Source of the DNA: the human T2T-CHM13v2.0 reference genome, Homo sapiens
NCBI RefSeq assembly: GCF_009914755.1
Contig: NC_060936.1
Direction: 5' to 3' (one strand)
Length of the DNA stretch: 64,000 nt
The position numbers and the translations under genes are program-made. Numbering within the stretch: position 1 is the first letter of the stretch; each line of letters starts with the position of its first letter. A model generated the notes under the pieces. It ran no database searches. It was not told the origin of the DNA and saw only the letters and a list, made by a program, of their open reading frames with translations. This document shows positions 55,653-64,000 of the stretch, in pieces.

Positions 55653-58239
55653 GTATATAAAAAATGAAAACCATATGATCATCTCAATAGATGCAGAAAA
55701 ACTTTTGATAAAATCCAATATCTCTTCATCATAAAAACTCTCAGTAAACTAGGCATCAAAGGAACATATCTCAAAATAATAAGAGCCATCTATGACAAAC
55801 CAACAGCCAACATCGTACTGATTGGGCAAAAGCTGGAAGCATTCCCCATGAGAACTGGAACAAGACAAGGATGCCCCTCTCATCACTCTTATTCAACAGA
55901 ACTGGAAGTGCTAGCCAGAGCAATCAGACAAGAGAAAGAAATGAAAGGTATCCAAATTAAAAAAGAAGAAGTCAAACTATCATTCTTCACAAATGATATG
56001 ATTCTATACCTAGAAAACCCTAAAGACTCACTGAAAGGCTCCTAGACTGATAAGCAACTTCAGCAAAGTTTCAGGATACAAAATCAATGCACAAAACTCA
56101 GTAACACCTCTCCACACCATAACATTCTAGCTGAAAGCCAAATCAAGAATGCAATCCCATTTACAATAGCTGCAAAAAAAAAATAAAATACCTAGGAATG
56201 CACCTAACCAAGGAGGTGAAATATCTCTACAGGAAGAACTACAAAACACCACTGAAAGAAATCGTGGATGACACAAACAAATGGAAAAACATTCCATCCT
56301 CATGGATTGGAAGAATCAATATCATTAAAATGGCCATACTGGCCAAAGCAATCTATAGATTCAATGCTATTCCTATCAAACTACCAATGTCATTTTTTGT
56401 AGAACTAGAAAAAAACTATTGTAAAATTCATATGGAGCAACAATAACAAAAAAGCCCAAGTAGCCAAAGCAATCCTAAGTAAAAAGAACAAAGCCAAAGG
56501 CATCATACTACCCAACTTCCAACTATACTACAAGGCTACAGTAATCAAAACAGCATGGTACTGGTACAAAAACAGACACATAGACCAATGGAACAAAATA
56601 GAGAACCCAGAAATAAAGTTGCACACCTGCAGCCATCTGATCTTTGACAAAGTTGACAAAAATAAGCAATGGGGAAAGGACTACCTATTCAATATATAAA
56701 GCTGGGATAACTGGCTAGCCATATGCAGAAGAATAAAACTGGACCCCTACCTTTTACCATACACAAAAAGTAACTCAAGATAGATTACAGATTTAAATAT
56801 AAGACTTCAAACTATAAGAACCCTAGAAGAAAATCTAGGAAACACCATCCTAAACATTGACCTTGGGAAGGAACTTATGACTAATTCCTCAAAAGCAATT
56901 GCAACAAAAACAAAAATTAACCGGTGGGACCTAATTAAACTAAAGAGCTTCTGTATAGCAAAAGAAACTATCAACAGAGTGAACAGACAACCTCCACAAT
57001 GGGAGAAAATATTCACAAACTATGCATCCAACAAAGGTCTAATATCCAGAATCTAAAAGGAACTTAAGCAATCCAATTAAAAAAAAAAGTCATTAAAAAG
57101 TGGGCAAAATACATGAATAGACATTTCTTTTTTTTTTTTTTTTTTTGAGACGGGGTCTCGCTCTGTCTCCCAGGCTGCAGTGCACGATCTCGGCTCACTG
57201 CAAGCTCCGCCTCCTGGTTCCTGCCATTCTCCTGCCTCAGCCTCCCGAGTAGCTGGGACTATAGGTGCCTGCCACCACACTGGGCTAATTTTTTTGCATT
57301 TTTAGTAGAGAGGGGGTTTCACCGTGTTAGCCAGGATGGTCTCGATCTCCTGACCTCGTGATCCGCCCACCTCGGCCTCCCAAAGTGCTGGGATTACAGG
57401 CGTGAGCCACCATGCCCAGCCTAGACACTTCTTAAAAGAACACATACAAGCAGCCAACAAATATTTTAAAATGTTCCACATCACTAATCATCAGAAAATG
57501 CAAATCAAAATGATAATGAGACATCATCTCACACCAGTCACTATGGCTATTATTAAAAAGTCATGAAATAACAGATGCTGTTGAGGTTGTGGAGATACCT
57601 CAACAATTGTTGGTGGGAATGTAAATTAGTTCAGCCACTGTGGAAAGCAGTTTGGAGATTTTTTAAAGAACTTAAAACGGAACTACCATTCGACCAAGTG
57701 ATCCCATTACTGGGTATATATCCAAAAGAAAATAAATCATTCTACTGAAAAGACACATGCACTCATGTGTTCACTGCAGCACTATTCACGATAGCAAAGA
57801 CATGGAATCAACCTATGTGCCCATCAACGGTGGACTGGATAAAGAAAATGTGGTATATATACACCGTGGAATACTATGCAGATATAAAAGAGAACAGAGT
57901 TATGTCCTTTGCAGCAACATGACACAGCTAGGGTCCATTATTCTAAGTTAATTAATGCAGGAACAGAAAACCAAATACTGCATGTTCTTACTTATAAGTG
58001 GGAGCTAAACATTGGGTATTTATGTACATAAAGATGGCAACAATAGAAACTGGGGACTACTAGATGGGGGAGGGAGGGAGGGGGGCAAGGGTTGAAAAAC
58101 CACTGGGTACTATGCTCAATACCTAGGTGATGGGATCAGTCATACCCCAAACCTCAGCACCATGCAATATACCCAGGTAACAAACCTACACCTGTACACC
58201 ATAAATCTAAAATAAAAGTTGAAACAAAAATAAATAAAT
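55653..58239 (+). mobile_element. L1PB-like LINE-1, 5'-truncated (ORF2 + 3'UTR)
   Basis: Degenerate ORF2 (RTGTRQGCP; [18 protein letters not shown]); L1PB-type 3'UTR; TSD-like AATACT(A/G)TGCAAA at ~55640 and ~58240. Confidence 0.88.
57129..57421 (-). mobile_element. AluY inserted in the L1PB
   Basis: TSD TAGACA(T/C)TTCTT. Confidence 0.93.
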
Positions 58240-58273
58240 AATACTGTGCAAACTATGAAGTACCTAAGAATAA

Positions 58274-60212
<1,939 letters not shown>

Positions 60213-60875
60213 AGAAAAGGCCAGTTCTTTGAATGTCATTAGAGAAAATCTAAATAAATGGAAATACGTGTAGACATACTTCACGGAATATCCATAAAGC
60301 TAATGATTCTTCACCCTGATAGCTCCAAGAGTTATTCCACTTTTAGGACAACTCTTTTTTGGTATAATTATTTTTTCACCCCAAACACACTAAATAAATA
60401 CACTGTAAGAGTGATATTTCAACATTACAGTGTCAGATTAAAAACATACTAATTTTCTTCATACAGTCCTCTCTAGGAAGAGAATATTATTTGGAACAAT
60501 TTGAATTGCCCATCATATTTGTGTTGGAATTTTGTCAATAAAATGCTCTGGATCACAGATTTTATGGAAGTGAGCAGTGAAATAAGCTTCCTACTTAGCA
60601 TACCAATTAGTGGTATAGAAATAGATGCTTTTAAAGTGCTTGAAGAGTTTGCTTTTCTCAGGCACTTTTGAGTGGATATATGAAGGATCATCAGACATCT
60701 TGTACTGCAAAGGTCAATTTCCTGATGCCTAGCTTTTCTGTCTTATGTACAAACTGAATTATGCTACCAAAATGTCCCAGTTAGATTAGATTTGGTCAGA
60801 TCCAAATTGGGAATGGTGGAGAAGGTATTCTTGTATTGTAGAATGGGAAGAAAAAGCCATCTTACCAACATGTAG

Positions 60876-61283
<408 letters not shown>

Positions 61284-61978
61284 TGAGGGAGGGAGAGAAT
61301 AACTGAACTTCTCTGGGTTATGCAGAATTTAAATGGTAGATAATTTAGTACTGGGCCGAACTTTGGAAAAACAGTGGGTAGGTCGGGGAAAGAAGGGTAT
61401 ACAGATCTGAAGAAGAAAATTGTGATAATGAAGAGGTAGAGAGGATGGGGGTTAGGAGGGGAGCAACTTATCAAATATATGCTCCATTGGACAGATCTTT
61501 TGTCTGTCTGTTTACCACTTTATCAGCAGTACTTAATAAGGTCCCTGGCACTGAGTGGGGCTCAGTCAATATTTGTTGTTGTGTTGAGCATAGTATACTG
61601 ATATAACAAATATTTAATTAGGGGCACAAGAAATGGCAACTAAGTCAGCACATACTCTAGCTAGAAAATTAATTCAAAATAAAATTAGAAAATGGGTGGA
61701 CAAAAGTTAAAGTGTTCCCAGATTTGAAGCTGAGGGCACAAGGATCATGATATATGCTAGGCTTCCTTATCTATCCAGTCATCTGGTAATGGTAATAGAA
61801 ATTTCCCAGGGAAACCTGGAACTGCTCTAGACCTTCCTGGGCCACATGCCATGGACAGGGCCTCACGAGGGAACCTTGGAAAGGACTGGTTCAAAACTAT
61901 CCCCCGGGTTGGAATGGTCAGGCTTCAAGAATAGACAGTTGGTCTTATTACAGTAACCAGTTAGAAGCTCAAGCATGC

Positions 61979-62044
61979 TTCTCTCTCTCTCTCTCCCTCC
62001 CTCTCTCTCTCTCCCCACCTCCCCCCCGCCGTGTGTGTGTGTGT

Positions 62045-62085
<41 letters not shown>

Positions 62086-62092
62086 CGCGCGC
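61979..62092. repeat. Compound microsatellite (CT)n-(GT)n-(GC)n
   Basis: Directly visible. Confidence 0.95.
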
Positions 62093-63786
62093 ACTCAAGT
62101 GAGGAATGGGGAAGGAGGGTGGAGGAAGGAGCTTGTAAATGAGCAGCTGGTTTGCAGCAAAACCGCACCTCACTCTGCACCTTTGGATCCCTCTCAGCCT
62201 GAGGTTAGCACAGCCAATGTCCTCACCAGCGTCTGCCAAAGCCCATGGAGAAGGTCAGTGAATTCACTCACTTCTGCTGTGATAGCCGCCCCTGCCTCTG
62301 GACATCCCTGGAGATTAACACTCATGGCTCCCTCAGGAACAGCCCATGTTCAGATCACAACAGGACTCTCCACACAGCAGGCACTGGGGAGCTGTCACAA
62401 ATCTTGACTCCGTTAACCCCCCTCTGCTCTGTTTCTCCTTCTCTAAGCTCGCTGTGGTCCCAACTTCCTCCGAGTAGTCACTTCTTCCTCTGCAGCTCCC
62501 CTCCGTGTTTCCATCAGGACATCAGTGTGCCCACCTGCCCTGTTGGCTTGGGCTAAGGGAAGATGCCTTGGATGTCACTGAGCGTGGTTTGCAGAGGCCT
62601 GTTTCTAATGGCTGGGGATGAGGAGACAAACCAGAGGGTCAGCCTCTTGTTCCCAGAACTTGGGAGGCACCTGGTTCCTTGGTTTTGAGTCCACGTTACC
62701 AGACACATGCCCAGCAGGCCTGATCAGCTTCTCAGTCACTTTTCCATGTTTGGCTTTTAGTGCCCTCTTTTTTTTTTTCTGTCTCTAGTTTGGTGTTCAT
62801 GGTGACTGTGTCTTTAGATGTGTTTCTCTGTATAAACCTATTATATTTTCACACTCTTTTCCAGTCTCCCTATATTTCAGTCCCTCTAGTTCTTTCTTTG
62901 GCTTTAACATTTTTCTTTCCTTTTTAGAGAGAAGAGATCTTTCCCCCTGTGTCTGTCTCTCTGATTACTTCTCTCATTTATTTTCTTTCCTTTTTTTGAA
63001 CCTTCGTCTTTATGTTTGTGCATGTCAGTATTTTCTATTTATCTGGGATTTTTCTTTCTTGTTCCCGGGGGAAAGGGAGTCAGAGAAGTAACTCAAGGAT
63101 GGTCCTCTCTTAGAGACTGATACAGAGCATGAGTTCCACATTTGTTTACAATGTTTCTGGGAACCAGATTAGGAGAAAAGGTGAAGGCTGAGTTAGATGT
63201 AAATAATTTCCTGGCATTGAGAAGCCGGAAACATGAGGATGGATTCGAAAGGGCAGGTGAGACCCTCTCCTCTCTCTGGGTTTCTGCAGAAGCAGTTGGG
63301 CTTACAAGTGGAAGCCTGGCCAAGTCTGTACAATCTTCCTTCCATAGGTGAAGTGAAACCACAGGGAGACAGACAAGAAACAGAGATCAGAACTAATGTT
63401 TGTTGTCTATCTGTGTAAGCCACTAATCATGTATTATTTTAGTTAATCCTCATTTTGTAGGAGAAAAACTTGAGACTCAGCTAGCTGACTCCCATTGAGT
63501 AAATGGCAATGCCGAGGCTGAATTTCAGGTATGCCGGTCTCCGAAGTCCCTCTACGTTACCCTGTGCCATGCCTCACTGCTTCTCTGTAAAATGATGCAC
63601 TTTCAAGTCTGTGTGTTTTTAATGTGTTTATACATCAGCTTTACAAATCATTTTTAAACTATTACGTCTGAGGAAAAAAAGGATTAAGTCTGCAAAGGAA
63701 AAAAATATTTTACAAATCATTTAGCTTGAGATAACAAAGCCATTTTACCTTGTACCCCCAGTCTGACTCAAAGTAAGACTGTGAAT

Positions 63787-64000
63787 TCTTTTTTTAATTG
63801 GCAAAAGAATTATATATATTTATGGTGTAAAATATGATGTTTTAATATATGTATACATTGTGAAATGACTAAATAAAGCTAATTAACATATCCATTACTT
63901 CACATACTTATCATTTTTGTGGTGAGAACACTTAAAATCTACTTTCTTAGCAATTTTCAAGAATATATTAATACCTTGTTATTAACTAGTCATCATGTTG
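63787..64000 (-). mobile_element. L1MA-type 3' end
   Basis: TATATATTTATGGTGTAAAATATGATGTTTT...GTGGTGAGAACACTTAAAATCTAC matches the antisense L1MA 3'UTR. Confidence 0.85.

Noticed and set aside
63120-63360. Possible exon (CAG|GTGAGA donor ~63256) with a 69-aa ORF
   Set aside because: No recognisable homology or clear acceptor; cannot be supported from sequence alone.

Overview
Human (primate) genomic DNA, recognised from the encoded proteins as the ASB8 - CCDC184 - OR10AD1 interval (12q13.11 by recall, not verified). It contains the 5' half of ASB8 (minus strand: exon 1, two coding exons and an NRF1/ETS CpG-island promoter), the intronless CCDC184 gene (+), the olfactory receptor OR10AD1 (-), and an 'orphan' CpG-island promoter whose + strand transcript converges on OR10AD1. 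Between ASB8 and CCDC184 lie three processed pseudogenes. One is an obvious PHB1 retrocopy. The other two are heavily decayed, and the ORF track shows them only as fragments: a near-full-length SCO1 retrocopy (-, ~8374-10461) and a 5'-truncated ERO1A retrocopy (+, ~20946-22752). The rest is about 30 Alus, L1/L2/L3 remnants, LTRs, DNA transposons and microsatellites. No CRISPR array, rRNA or tRNA was seen. I found no evidence for a wholly new biological system. The best leads are the hidden SCO1/ERO1A retrocopies (the SCO1 copy seems to keep ancestral residues), the orphan promoter with a 131-codon ORF and a bidirectional poly(A) cluster, and the tandem RFX X-boxes at CCDC184. Protein identities and repeat subfamilies come from remembered sequences, not from a database search.
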